From Verrucomicrobiales bacterium (GTDB lineage Bacteria > Verrucomicrobiota > Verrucomicrobiia > Limisphaerales > JAFMIX01), in assembly GCA_017853785.1 (NCBI GenBank), contig JAFMIX010000003.1:1-35445 (forward strand): DNA of 35,445 nucleotides, in the 5' to 3' direction. Below the pieces are notes generated by a model. It worked only from the letters and a program-made list of their open reading frames with translations, had not been told where the DNA came from and did not search any database. Shown here one piece after another: positions 11,057 to 19,127 of the stretch. The position numbers were made by a program, and so were the translations under genes. Numbering within the stretch: position 1 is the stretch's first letter; each line of letters begins with the position of its first letter.

Positions 11057-12105
11057 AAAATCAGCATCGCATCGCCGTAACTGAAAAAAAGGTAGCGCTC
11101 GCGCACGGCTTCGGCGTAGGCGGCTAAGATGGCTTCGCGCCCGTGCGGTTCGCCCGGCGCGGCGAACGCGCTCACGAGCATGAGCAAGGTGGAGCAGGGG
11201 AGATGAAAATTCGTGAGCAGCGCGTCCACGATTTTGAATTGATACGGCGGATAAATGAAAATTTTGGTGCGGTCGTTCGTGGCGACGAGTCGGCCGGAGT
11301 TTTTTGCGGCGACACTTTCCAGCACGCGCACACAGGTCGTGCCGACGGCGATGACGCGGCGGCGGGACTTTTTCGCGTCGTTGATGGCGTGCGCGGTTTC
11401 GGCGCTCAACTCGAAACGCTCCTCGTGCATGACGTGCGCAGCGAGCGTGTCGGCCTTCACGGGCGCGAATGTGCCAAGCCCGACGTGCAACGTAACGAAG
11501 CGCACCTCCACGCCGCGGGCGCGGATTTCGTCAAGCAGGGCGGGGGTGAAATGCAATCCGGCGGTGGGCGCGGCGACGGAGCCGGGCGGTTGCGCGAAGA
11601 CGGTTTGGTAACGCTCGCGGTCGGCGAGGACTTGGGTCTTGCGCAAGATGTAGGGCGGCAAGGGGATTTCGCCGAGCGCATCGAGTTCGGCGCGGATGTC
11701 GTCGCAGCCGGTGAATTGCAGGCGGCGATGGCCTTCGGTGTTGGTGTCGAGGACGCTCGCAGAAATTTTTTCGGTCAGATTGATCTGCGTGCCGACGGGC
11801 GCGCGCTTGCCGGGCTTCATGAGCGCCCACCAGTTGTTGCGCCCATTTTCTTCAAGTAGAAAAATTTCAAACGCGCCGCCGGTTTTGGCGTTCGTGCCGC
11901 GGAGGCGGGCGGGGATGACGCGGGAGTTGTTCAGCACCAGCACATCGCCGGCGCGGAAGTGGTCGAGGATGTCGCGGAATTTTTTGTGCGCGATGTTGCC
12001 GGAATCGCGTTGCAGGACGAGCAAGCGGGATTCGTCGCGTTGCGGCGCGGGAACTTGGGCGATGAGTTCCGGTGGCAAAACGTAATCAAAATCGGCGGTC
12101 AGCAT
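11053..12105 (-). CDS. queA: S-adenosylmethionine:tRNA ribosyltransferase-isomerase
   Basis: DFDYVLPPELIAQ, PLPPYI, RYQTVFA, AAPTAGLHFT, TLHVG.GTF, NFHLP.STL, FSYGDAM. Confidence 0.98.
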   Translation of the reverse strand: MLTADFDYVLPPELIAQVPAPQRDESRLLVLQRDSGNIAHKKFRDILDHFRAGDVLVLNNSRVIPARLRGTNAKTGGAFEIFLLEENGRNNWWALMKPGKRAPVGTQINLTEKISASVLDTNTEGHRRLQFTGCDDIRAELDALGEIPLPPYILRKTQVLADRERYQTVFAQPPGSVAAPTAGLHFTPALLDEIRARGVEVRFVTLHVGLGTFAPVKADTLAAHVMHEERFELSAETAHAINDAKKSRRRVIAVGTTCVRVLESVAAKNSGRLVATNDRTKIFIYPPYQFKIVDALLTNFHLPCSTLLMLVSAFAAPGEPHGREAILAAYAEAVRERYLFFSYGDAMLIL

Positions 12106-12213
12106 CGGCGGAGAGGGTAGTGAGCAAGGAGAAATTGGCGAGCGGGGAGTGGGGTTATGCGCATGGTTGGGAAGGGATTGTGAATAAGTTGTGCAAAAAG
12201 GCGAAAAATGTAG

Positions 12214-12269
12214 TTGACGAAAAGTGGGGCGGAGTGTTTAACAGTGGGGTGTTAAGGGGCAAAAGTGTG
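12214..12269 (+). promoter_or_regulatory. dcw promoter with putative MraZ-binding direct repeats
   Basis: TTGACG at 12214-12219. GTGGG (12224), GTGTT (12234), GTGGG (12244), AAGGG (12254), GTGTG (12265) recur at about 10-bp period upstream of mraZ. Confidence 0.6.
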
Positions 12270-12299
12270 CCAAAGTCCCTTGATGTGAACAAAACGTCA

Positions 12300-12755
12300 A
12301 TGCAACCCAGCGAAACGATCTATTACAACTCGCTATTCCGCCACGGGGTGGACGAGAAGCGACGCGTGCAGATACCCGCCAAGTGGTTGCCGACGGAGGG
12401 CTCGGTGGAGTTCACGATGATTTTGTGGCCGAAGGCAAAGGAAGGTCCGTGTTTGCGGGTGCTGCCGCCGCAGGAGATGGCGGAGTTGATGGCGTCGATT
12501 GATGCGATGCCGAACAGCGACCCGAACAAGGGCGTGCTGAAACGTTTTATCGGGAGCGAGTCGGTGCAGGTGGTGGCCGACAAGGCGGGGCGGGTTTGCC
12601 TGCCGGAAGAAATGGCCAAGGCCGCGGGCATCAAGGACGAGGCGGTGCTTGTGGGCTGCTTGGACAAGTTTGAGATTTGGAATCCGAGCGCCTATCCGAA
12701 GGTCAAGGCGTCCGACTCGGTGATGGCGACGGAGGCGTTCAAGCTGATGGAATGA
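12300..12755 (+). CDS. mraZ: Division/cell wall cluster transcriptional repressor MraZ
   Basis: Two AbrB-like motifs (HGVDEKRRVQIPAKW; DKAGRVCLPE), VGCLDKFEIWNP. First gene of the dcw cluster. Confidence 0.93.
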   Translation: MQPSETIYYNSLFRHGVDEKRRVQIPAKWLPTEGSVEFTMILWPKAKEGPCLRVLPPQEMAELMASIDAMPNSDPNKGVLKRFIGSESVQVVADKAGRVCLPEEMAKAAGIKDEAVLVGCLDKFEIWNPSAYPKVKASDSVMATEAFKLME

Positions 12756-12758
12756 TTT

Positions 12759-13064
12759 ATGAGCCAGATCAAATCCCTCGTGGCGGGGCGGACGGTGAAC
12801 GGGGCGAAAAGCCTAGGACAATTCCGCAGTGCGAATGATCTGAGTTTGGTTGGTTTCGGTTTGGGCAGGCCGTTGGCCGCCGGGGATACGGACTTTATCC
12901 GGCGCAGTCGCCCCGGGTTTTGGGCCGGAGTCCGCAATAAATTCACGCGTCTGTTCCGCTGGGAAGTGCCAGCGGGTTATGAGGACGAGACAGGGTTCCA
13001 TTTTGGCATTGCGCCCACGCCGCCGCTGGTGGATGCGGGCCGGGGCGCAAGGCCGGTCGAGTGA
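12759..13064 (+). CDS. Small hypothetical protein (C-terminal PAGYEDETGFHFG motif)
   Basis: Tightly packed ORF between mraZ and the next gene; N-terminus aligns without gaps to the next ORF. Confidence 0.65.
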   Translation: MSQIKSLVAGRTVNGAKSLGQFRSANDLSLVGFGLGRPLAAGDTDFIRRSRPGFWAGVRNKFTRLFRWEVPAGYEDETGFHFGIAPTPPLVDAGRGARPVE

Positions 13065-13066
13065 TT

Positions 13067-13618
13067 ATGAGCTTGATGCGATTACTGACAGTTGGTCGTT
13101 CACTGAATGAAGTGAAGGGTGCGGGGCGGTATCACATACCCCGCGAAGTCGGGTTGCCGCAGTTCAATTTCGGCAAGTCGGCGGTGAAGTTTTCGAGCCC
13201 GGCGGCAGCGGCGGCGGTCACGGGCGGCGCAACCGGTGAAATTCCGGCCAAGCCGGCAGTCGCCGAGAAAACTCCGGTGGCCCCGGGCGCTCCGATGCCC
13301 AGTGCGGCGAAGAGGCCGACTTCGAGTGGCTGGTTGAAGCGGTCGAATCCCTTCGCCCCGGCGGCGCAGCCTCAGGCTGCAGCGGTGAAGCCGCCGCAGC
13401 AGACGGAACTGACGTTGGATCAGGTGAAGGTGCAGCGCAACGATTTGGCGGAAGCGGATTTTGAGATTGTGCCGAAGCAGGAACTGCCCCGGCAGGCGGA
13501 GTTGAAGCCGTATCGCAAGCCGAACAAGCCGGCGGCGGTGCCGGAAGACGATATGCTGGGCGCGAAGGCTTGGAACTGGCTGGGTTCGCGGCTGTTCGGC
13601 GCGGCGGCGAAGCATTGA
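13067..13618 (+). CDS. Hypothetical protein with Pro/Ala-rich linker and C-terminal amphipathic segment
   Basis: 183-aa ORF filling the gap before rsmH, with GC-rich third codon positions. Alternative start 13061. Confidence 0.8.
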   Translation: MSLMRLLTVGRSLNEVKGAGRYHIPREVGLPQFNFGKSAVKFSSPAAAAAVTGGATGEIPAKPAVAEKTPVAPGAPMPSAAKRPTSSGWLKRSNPFAPAAQPQAAAVKPPQQTELTLDQVKVQRNDLAEADFEIVPKQELPRQAELKPYRKPNKPAAVPEDDMLGAKAWNWLGSRLFGAAAKH

Positions 13619-13631
13619 CCTGGAATTATGC

Positions 13632-14564
13632 GTGGTGGCCATCTTCGTTCACAAACCAGTTCTGTTGGCCGAGGTGTTGACCGCGCTGCAGCCGAAACCC
13701 GGCGGCAGTTACGTCGATGGCACGCTCGGTGGGGCTGGGCATGCAGCGGCAATTTTGGCGGCGAGCAGCCCGACCGGACGGCTGCAGGGCTGCGACCGCG
13801 ACGGTATAGCGATTGAAGCGGCGGCGGCCCGGTTGGCGGAATTCGCCGGGCGGTTTGAATTGCGGCGCGGCAATTTTTGCGAACTGGCGGAGTGGTTGCC
13901 AGCGCAGAGTTACGACGGGGTCTTGTTGGATCTGGGCGTGAGTTCGCCGCAGCTGGACGCGGCGGAACGCGGGTTCAGTTTCCAGCAGGACGGGCCGCTG
14001 GATATGCGGATGGACGCGCGGCAGCCGGTGACCGCGGCGGATGTGGTGAACACGACCGGGCCGGAAGAGTTGGCGAAGATTTTTTGGGAATACGGTGATG
14101 AGGAACAGTCGCGGCGGTTCGCGAGGGCGATCGCGTTGGACCGGCAGACGCGGCGGTTCACGACGACGAAGCAGTTGGCGGATTTGATCGAACGGCTGGC
14201 GCCGCGGCGCGGCAGCAAGACGCATCCGGCCACGAAAGTTTTTCAGGCCCTGCGGATTGCAGTGAATGACGAGATCGGTTCTTTGAGACGCGGGTTGGAT
14301 GGAGCGGTGAAGATTTTGAGGCCCGGCGGCCGGCTGGCGGTGATCACGTTTCACTCGCTGGAGGACCGGGTGGTGAAAGATTTTGGGCGCGCGCACACGC
14401 GGGACTATGCATTACCTGGAGGGGTGGATGTGCCAGAACTGCGTGTGCCGCGCGACCCGGTTTTGAAATGGGTGATGCGCAAGGCGATCAAGCCTGGCCC
14501 GGCGGAACTGGCGGCGAACCCGCGCAGCCGCAGCGCGCAATTGCGGGTGCTGGAGAAAATTTGA
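13632..14564 (+). CDS. rsmH: 16S rRNA (cytosine(1402)-N4)-methyltransferase
   Basis: HKPVLLAEV, DGTLGGAGHA, DLGVSSPQLD, GPLDMRMD, HPATKVFQALRIAVN, FHSLEDR, NPRSRSA. Confidence 0.98.
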   Translation: MVAIFVHKPVLLAEVLTALQPKPGGSYVDGTLGGAGHAAAILAASSPTGRLQGCDRDGIAIEAAAARLAEFAGRFELRRGNFCELAEWLPAQSYDGVLLDLGVSSPQLDAAERGFSFQQDGPLDMRMDARQPVTAADVVNTTGPEELAKIFWEYGDEEQSRRFARAIALDRQTRRFTTTKQLADLIERLAPRRGSKTHPATKVFQALRIAVNDEIGSLRRGLDGAVKILRPGGRLAVITFHSLEDRVVKDFGRAHTRDYALPGGVDVPELRVPRDPVLKWVMRKAIKPGPAELAANPRSRSAQLRVLEKI

Positions 14565-14565
14565 G

Positions 14566-14958
14566 ATGGCGAAAAACAGAAAAAATCAGTCGGCGGCGGT
14601 CCGGTTCGGTCCGGCGTTGAAGGCCTTTTTGCTGTGCCTGTTCATCGGCGGGTCAGGCGTGGGTTACGTCTGGCAGAAAAATCAGATCTACGAGCTGGGC
14701 AAGCAGATCAAGGCGCGGGAAAACCGGCTGAAGGAATTGCAGGTGCAGAACGAGAAGACGCGGCGGCAGATCGCCATGCTGCACTCGCCGCAGTTCATCG
14801 AACTGCGCATCAAGGAATTGAATCTCGGACTGGTGCAACCCCAGCCGAATCAGATCTGGCGGATGGTCGAGTCGTCAGCGGAGATATCGGGGCTCCCGCG
14901 TCCGCCCGCCGTGCGGCAGCTAGCCGCCCGCCGGAGCACGAATGCAACCATGCCATGA
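14566..14958 (+). CDS. ftsL: Cell division protein FtsL-like
   Basis: Short cytoplasmic N-terminus, one TM, coiled coil, ..ELNLGLVQP; canonical slot between rsmH and ftsI. Confidence 0.75.
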   Translation: MAKNRKNQSAAVRFGPALKAFLLCLFIGGSGVGYVWQKNQIYELGKQIKARENRLKELQVQNEKTRRQIAMLHSPQFIELRIKELNLGLVQPQPNQIWRMVESSAEISGLPRPPAVRQLAARRSTNATMP

Positions 14959-15113
14959 ACTGAAATGATTTTACCGCCGTCCGTGGTGCCGTCGGAGAGG
15001 AACCGATCGCTGCGGACGGTTGGTAGTTTTGCGGTGGGGCACTGAAGACGATTTCGCCGCCGCCCGTGACGCATCGGTTGAGGGCCGATGTTAGCGGGCG
15101 GCTGGTGACTTTT
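14959..15113 (+). repeat. Two diverged tandem copies (about 82-nt period) of a long hairpin, each followed by TTTT
   Basis: Units start with ACTGAA at 14959 and 15041; hairpins at 14972-15025 and 15054-15108; compensatory substitutions between copies. Confidence 0.7.
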
Positions 15114-15118
15114 AGGAC

Positions 15119-16999
15119 ATGGTAAAGCAACTACAATTCAAGCGGCTGTTCTGGCTGGCGCTGCTGCTCGTCTTTGGATTCGCGGGCCTCGGGCTCCGGC
15201 TCGGCTCGCTCCAGGTGCTCCGGCACGAAGAGCTCTCCAACCTCGCGCAGCGCAACACCCAGCGCACCTTCTCCCTGGAACCGCGCCGTGGCGACATCCT
15301 CGACGCCAAAGGAAACCTGCTCGCGACGAGCGTCTTCGTGAAGACCGTTGCCGCCGATTGGAACTTCATCGGCCCGCGCGTACGCGAAGTCGCCCATGCC
15401 GTCGCTCCGGTGCTCGGGCTGGACGAAGCGGGGTTGGTGCAATTTCTCGAATCCCGCCGCCTGCGTAAAAATTCCAAGGGGGAGACCGTCACCAACGCCT
15501 TCGTCGTCCTGAAGAATAAAGTTTCCGCCGAAACCTGGGAGCGGTTGCAGCAGACCATGGCCAATCTTTCCTTCGGCGTGGAAGAAAAGAAACTCCCCAA
15601 AGCCGAGCAAGCCTTCTACCGCAACCTCCGCGCGAAAGCCATCGTCGCCGACCCGCGCAGCGACCAGATCCGGGTCTATCCCAACCAGCAACTCGCCGCG
15701 CATGTCCTGGGCTATGTCGGTCTCGCCGACCGCATCGTCAACAGCAACCGCGTGAGCGAACTCGCCGGAGCGGAAGGCATCGAGCGCGTGCTGAACTCCA
15801 AGCTCTCTGGCGTCTCCGGCTGGCGCGTCACCGAAACCGACCGCCGCAATCGCGAACTGCTGACCCTTCGCGAACAGGAAGTCGCGCCGCACGACGGCCT
15901 CAACGTTGTGCTGACCATTGATTCCATGATCCAACACATCGCCGAGACGGCCCTGGCCGAGGCGGTGCAGAAACATTCGCCCATCAGCGCCTCTGCCATC
16001 GTCGTGCGCCCCCGCACTGGGGAAATCTTGGCGATGGCCACGCTGCCGAACTACGACCCGAACAATCCCGGGGCCGCTGCCGCCGCCGCCCGCCGCAACC
16101 GCGTCATCAGCGACCTTGCCGAACCTGGCTCGACCTTCAAAGTGGTCGTCGTTTCCGGCGCCCTGAATGACGGGCTGGTGCGGCTGACGGATAAGTTCGA
16201 CTGCGAGCGGGGAAAATTCGCCTTCGCCGGGCGGGTGCTCCACGACCACGACCCCTACGACACCCTCACGGTGGAGAACATCATCACCAAATCGTCGAAC
16301 ATCGGCTCGGCCAAAATCGGCATCCTGCTCCAGGAAGCACGGCTGCACCAATACATCCGCGACTTCGGTTTTGGCACCGCCACGGGAATTCCCTTGAGCG
16401 GCGAAGTGCGCGGCATTGTGAATCCCGTCAAGAGCTGGTCCAAGGTTTCCATCGCGCAGATTCCGATGGGCCACGGCGTCGCCGTGACTCCGTTGCAAAT
16501 GATCATGGCCATGAGCGCCATTGCGAACGACGGCGTCTTGATGCGCCCCTTGCTCGTGGATCGGCTCGAAGACGAGACCGGCCATGCTGTCGCGCAGTAT
16601 CCGCCGCAACGCGTCCGCCAAGTCATCAGCGCCGCCGCCGCGCACGAAATGGTCAAGGCTCTCAAGACCGTCGTCACCACGGATGGCACGGCCGCCAAGG
16701 CGGCGCTCGACTATTACACCGTGGCCGGCAAGACCGGCACGGCACAGAAGGTCATCAATGGCCAATACGCCAACGACAAATTTTTCTCCTCCTTCATCGG
16801 CTTCTTCCCGGCGGAGAATCCCGAGCTGTGCATCTCGGTCGTTTTGGACGAACCGAAAGGCGGCCACTATGGCGGCCAAGTGGCGGCCCCCGCCTTCAAG
16901 CAGATCGCCGAACGTGCGGCCAACTACCTCAACATCCGTCCCGACCGCGAAACTGAAGCCAAACCTGGCAAACCAACCAACCTCACCAAGAAATCTTGA
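15119..16999 (+). CDS. ftsI: Class B penicillin-binding protein FtsI (PBP3)
   Basis: N-terminal TM, RRGDILD, R.YP, G.EGIE; transpeptidase motifs EPGSTFK (SxxK), KSSN (SxN), KTGTAQK. Confidence 0.95.
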   Translation: MVKQLQFKRLFWLALLLVFGFAGLGLRLGSLQVLRHEELSNLAQRNTQRTFSLEPRRGDILDAKGNLLATSVFVKTVAADWNFIGPRVREVAHAVAPVLGLDEAGLVQFLESRRLRKNSKGETVTNAFVVLKNKVSAETWERLQQTMANLSFGVEEKKLPKAEQAFYRNLRAKAIVADPRSDQIRVYPNQQLAAHVLGYVGLADRIVNSNRVSELAGAEGIERVLNSKLSGVSGWRVTETDRRNRELLTLREQEVAPHDGLNVVLTIDSMIQHIAETALAEAVQKHSPISASAIVVRPRTGEILAMATLPNYDPNNPGAAAAAARRNRVISDLAEPGSTFKVVVVSGALNDGLVRLTDKFDCERGKFAFAGRVLHDHDPYDTLTVENIITKSSNIGSAKIGILLQEARLHQYIRDFGFGTATGIPLSGEVRGIVNPVKSWSKVSIAQIPMGHGVAVTPLQMIMAMSAIANDGVLMRPLLVDRLEDETGHAVAQYPPQRVRQVISAAAAHEMVKALKTVVTTDGTAAKAALDYYTVAGKTGTAQKVINGQYANDKFFSSFIGFFPAENPELCISVVLDEPKGGHYGGQVAAPAFKQIAERAANYLNIRPDRETEAKPGKPTNLTKKS

Positions 17000-17727
17000 A
17001 TCCCTCCCGCCCCCAACTTTTCGGAATGCTCGCCGGCCTGTTCCTCGCCGCCGGGCTCGTGTGCTCCGCCATGCTCGCCACCGGCGCGTGGGTGAAGATC
17101 AAGAACTCGCAATTCATCAACGTCAAAGGCTCCGTGCAGAAAAGCATCGAGTCTGACCTCGCCATCTGGTCGGGCAGCTTTCAGACCGAGGCTGAAACCT
17201 TGCTCGCCGCGCAGAAAAAAATCCGGGATGACCGCGCGCTCGTCGAAAAATTTCTCCAGAGCGCGGGCGTGAAGGAATTCGCCTTCCTGCCCATCGGCAT
17301 CGAGGAGCTCAAGGCCACGCAGAAATCTGCCGATGGTTTTGTTTCGCACCGGACCACCGGCTATCGCCTGCGCCAGGGCGTATCGGTGGAGTCCGCGGAC
17401 GTGGACCGGTTGGACCGGCTCGACACCACGCCGCTCGTCGAGCAGGGGGTGCTGTTCACCGTTGCTCCCATTCAATTCATCTACACCCGCGCCGGCGACA
17501 CGAAGGTCGAGATGCTCGCCGCCGCGACCAAGGATGCCCGCACGCGTGCGGAGCAGATTGCACGACAGGGAGGCTGCACCATCGCGCGCTTGCATAGCGC
17601 GGACCAAGGCATCTTCCAGATCACGCCCCGGCACAGCGGCGCGACCAGTTGGCAGGGCGAGAGTGACACTTCTTCGCGCCAGAAAACCATCACCGCCGTC
17701 GTGACCGCCAGCTTTATGCTGAAATAA
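16996..17727 (+). CDS. SIMPL (DUF541) domain periplasmic/membrane protein
   Basis: N-terminal TM, INVKGSVQKSIESDLAIW, KVEMLAAATKDARTRAEQIA, GIFQITP, KTITAVVTASF. TTG start overlaps the ftsI TGA; alternative ATG 17026. Confidence 0.85.
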   Translation: MNPSRPQLFGMLAGLFLAAGLVCSAMLATGAWVKIKNSQFINVKGSVQKSIESDLAIWSGSFQTEAETLLAAQKKIRDDRALVEKFLQSAGVKEFAFLPIGIEELKATQKSADGFVSHRTTGYRLRQGVSVESADVDRLDRLDTTPLVEQGVLFTVAPIQFIYTRAGDTKVEMLAAATKDARTRAEQIARQGGCTIARLHSADQGIFQITPRHSGATSWQGESDTSSRQKTITAVVTASFMLK

Positions 17728-17731
17728 AATT

Positions 17732-19123
17732 GTGGAAGCGCGCTCATTGAAATTTATTGCCGCGGCCTGCGGCGGGGAAATCCTGCGGGGCGCGGTGGGT
17801 GCGATGGTGACGCGCGTGTGCATCGATTCCCGCCGGGCACAGTCCGGTGATTTGTTCTTTGCCATCAAAGGCGACCGCTTCGATGGCCATGACTTTCTCG
17901 AAGAAGTCGCGGCCAAGAACGTGGCGGCCGTCGTCATCGCGCGAAATCGCAAGCCGGCTCAATTGCCTGACTGCGCGGTGATCGTTGTGACCGAGGTGCG
18001 CGCGGCGCTGGGCCAGTTCGCGGCGGCGCATCGGGCGGAACTGGATTTGCCCGTCATCGCCGTCGGCGGTTCGAACGGCAAGACGACGACGAAGGATCTG
18101 ATTGCTGCCGTGCTGCGGCAGAAGTTCACCACGCTCGCGAGTGCGGCGAGCTTCAATAACGACATCGGCGTGCCGCTCACACTGTCGCAGTTGACGCGCG
18201 AACATCACGCCGCCGTGGTGGAAGTCGGCACGAATCATCCCGGCGAACTCGCGCCGCTGGTGCGGATGGCCGCACCGCAGTTCGGCGTCATCACGAACAT
18301 CGGGCGGGAGCATCTGGAATTTTTCGGCGACCTCGCTGGCGTGGCGGCGGAGGAGGGCAAACTCGCCGAGCTGCTGCCTGCGACGGGGAAATTATTTTTG
18401 AACGGCGACGACCCGACGACGGAAGTCATGGGCCTGCGTACTCCGGCTAAAGTTGTACGCGTGGGGCTGGGGCGCAGCTGCCACTGGAACGCGGGCGCGA
18501 TCCGCGGTGATCGCCGCGGCACGACCTTCAACGTCGTCGCGCCGGTGGTGGGGTTGGTCGGCGAGTATCGCATCAATTTGCTGGGGCGGCATCAGGTGGT
18601 GAACGCGCTCTTTGCCATCGCGGTCGGCGCGGAGCTGGGTTTGAGCCGCGAGGAAATCCAGCGTGGCTTGAGCGCGTGTCCGCCGGCGAAGATGCGGCTG
18701 CAACTTTGGGAAGCGAACGGCGTGACGGTGCTGGACGACAGTTACAACTCGAACGCGGATTCCATGGCCGCCGCGCTGCAAGTGCTGGCGGAATTGCCAG
18801 GCGCCGGGCGGCGGATTGCGGTCCTCGGCGACATGGCCGAGCTCGGCGTGCACGCGGAGGCCGCGCATGCGGAAGTCGGGCAGCGCGCTGCGGCGGCGGG
18901 CGTGGGGCAGTTGTTCGCCGTGGGCCAGATGGCGGGTGTGCTGGCGGCGGCGGCGCGGGCGGCGGGCCTGACGCGCATCTTTGAATTTCCGGATGCGGCG
19001 GCGGCGGCCGGCGCGGTGGAAAATTTTGTGAAGCCGGGCGATGTGGTGTTGTTGAAAGCGTCGCGGGCGGTGCGGCTGGAGCAGGTGGCGGAACGGTTGC
19101 AGGCCGAGCCGGCCGGGAAGTGA
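17732..19123 (+). CDS. murF: UDP-N-acetylmuramoyl-tripeptide--D-alanyl-D-alanine ligase
   Basis: IDSR, GDRFDGHDF, GSNGKTTTK, SFNNDIGVPLTL, EVGTNHPGE, DDSYNSN, LGDMAELG, LLKASR. Confidence 0.95.
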   Translation: MEARSLKFIAAACGGEILRGAVGAMVTRVCIDSRRAQSGDLFFAIKGDRFDGHDFLEEVAAKNVAAVVIARNRKPAQLPDCAVIVVTEVRAALGQFAAAHRAELDLPVIAVGGSNGKTTTKDLIAAVLRQKFTTLASAASFNNDIGVPLTLSQLTREHHAAVVEVGTNHPGELAPLVRMAAPQFGVITNIGREHLEFFGDLAGVAAEEGKLAELLPATGKLFLNGDDPTTEVMGLRTPAKVVRVGLGRSCHWNAGAIRGDRRGTTFNVVAPVVGLVGEYRINLLGRHQVVNALFAIAVGAELGLSREEIQRGLSACPPAKMRLQLWEANGVTVLDDSYNSNADSMAAALQVLAELPGAGRRIAVLGDMAELGVHAEAAHAEVGQRAAAAGVGQLFAVGQMAGVLAAAARAAGLTRIFEFPDAAAAAGAVENFVKPGDVVLLKASRAVRLEQVAERLQAEPAGK

Positions 19124-19127
19124 TGCG

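Noticed and set aside
12072-12299. 76-aa N-terminal extension of MraZ
   Set aside because: It spans the divergent promoter and overlaps the queA start; MraZ homology begins after 12300.
14959-15113. Mini CRISPR array or tRNA
   Set aside because: Only two long diverged units, no spacers, no cas genes and no cloverleaf/TTC arm.
17732-19123. MurE-MurF fusion explaining the missing murE
   Set aside because: At 463 aa with a single GKT P-loop and MurF-type motifs only, it is a single ligase.
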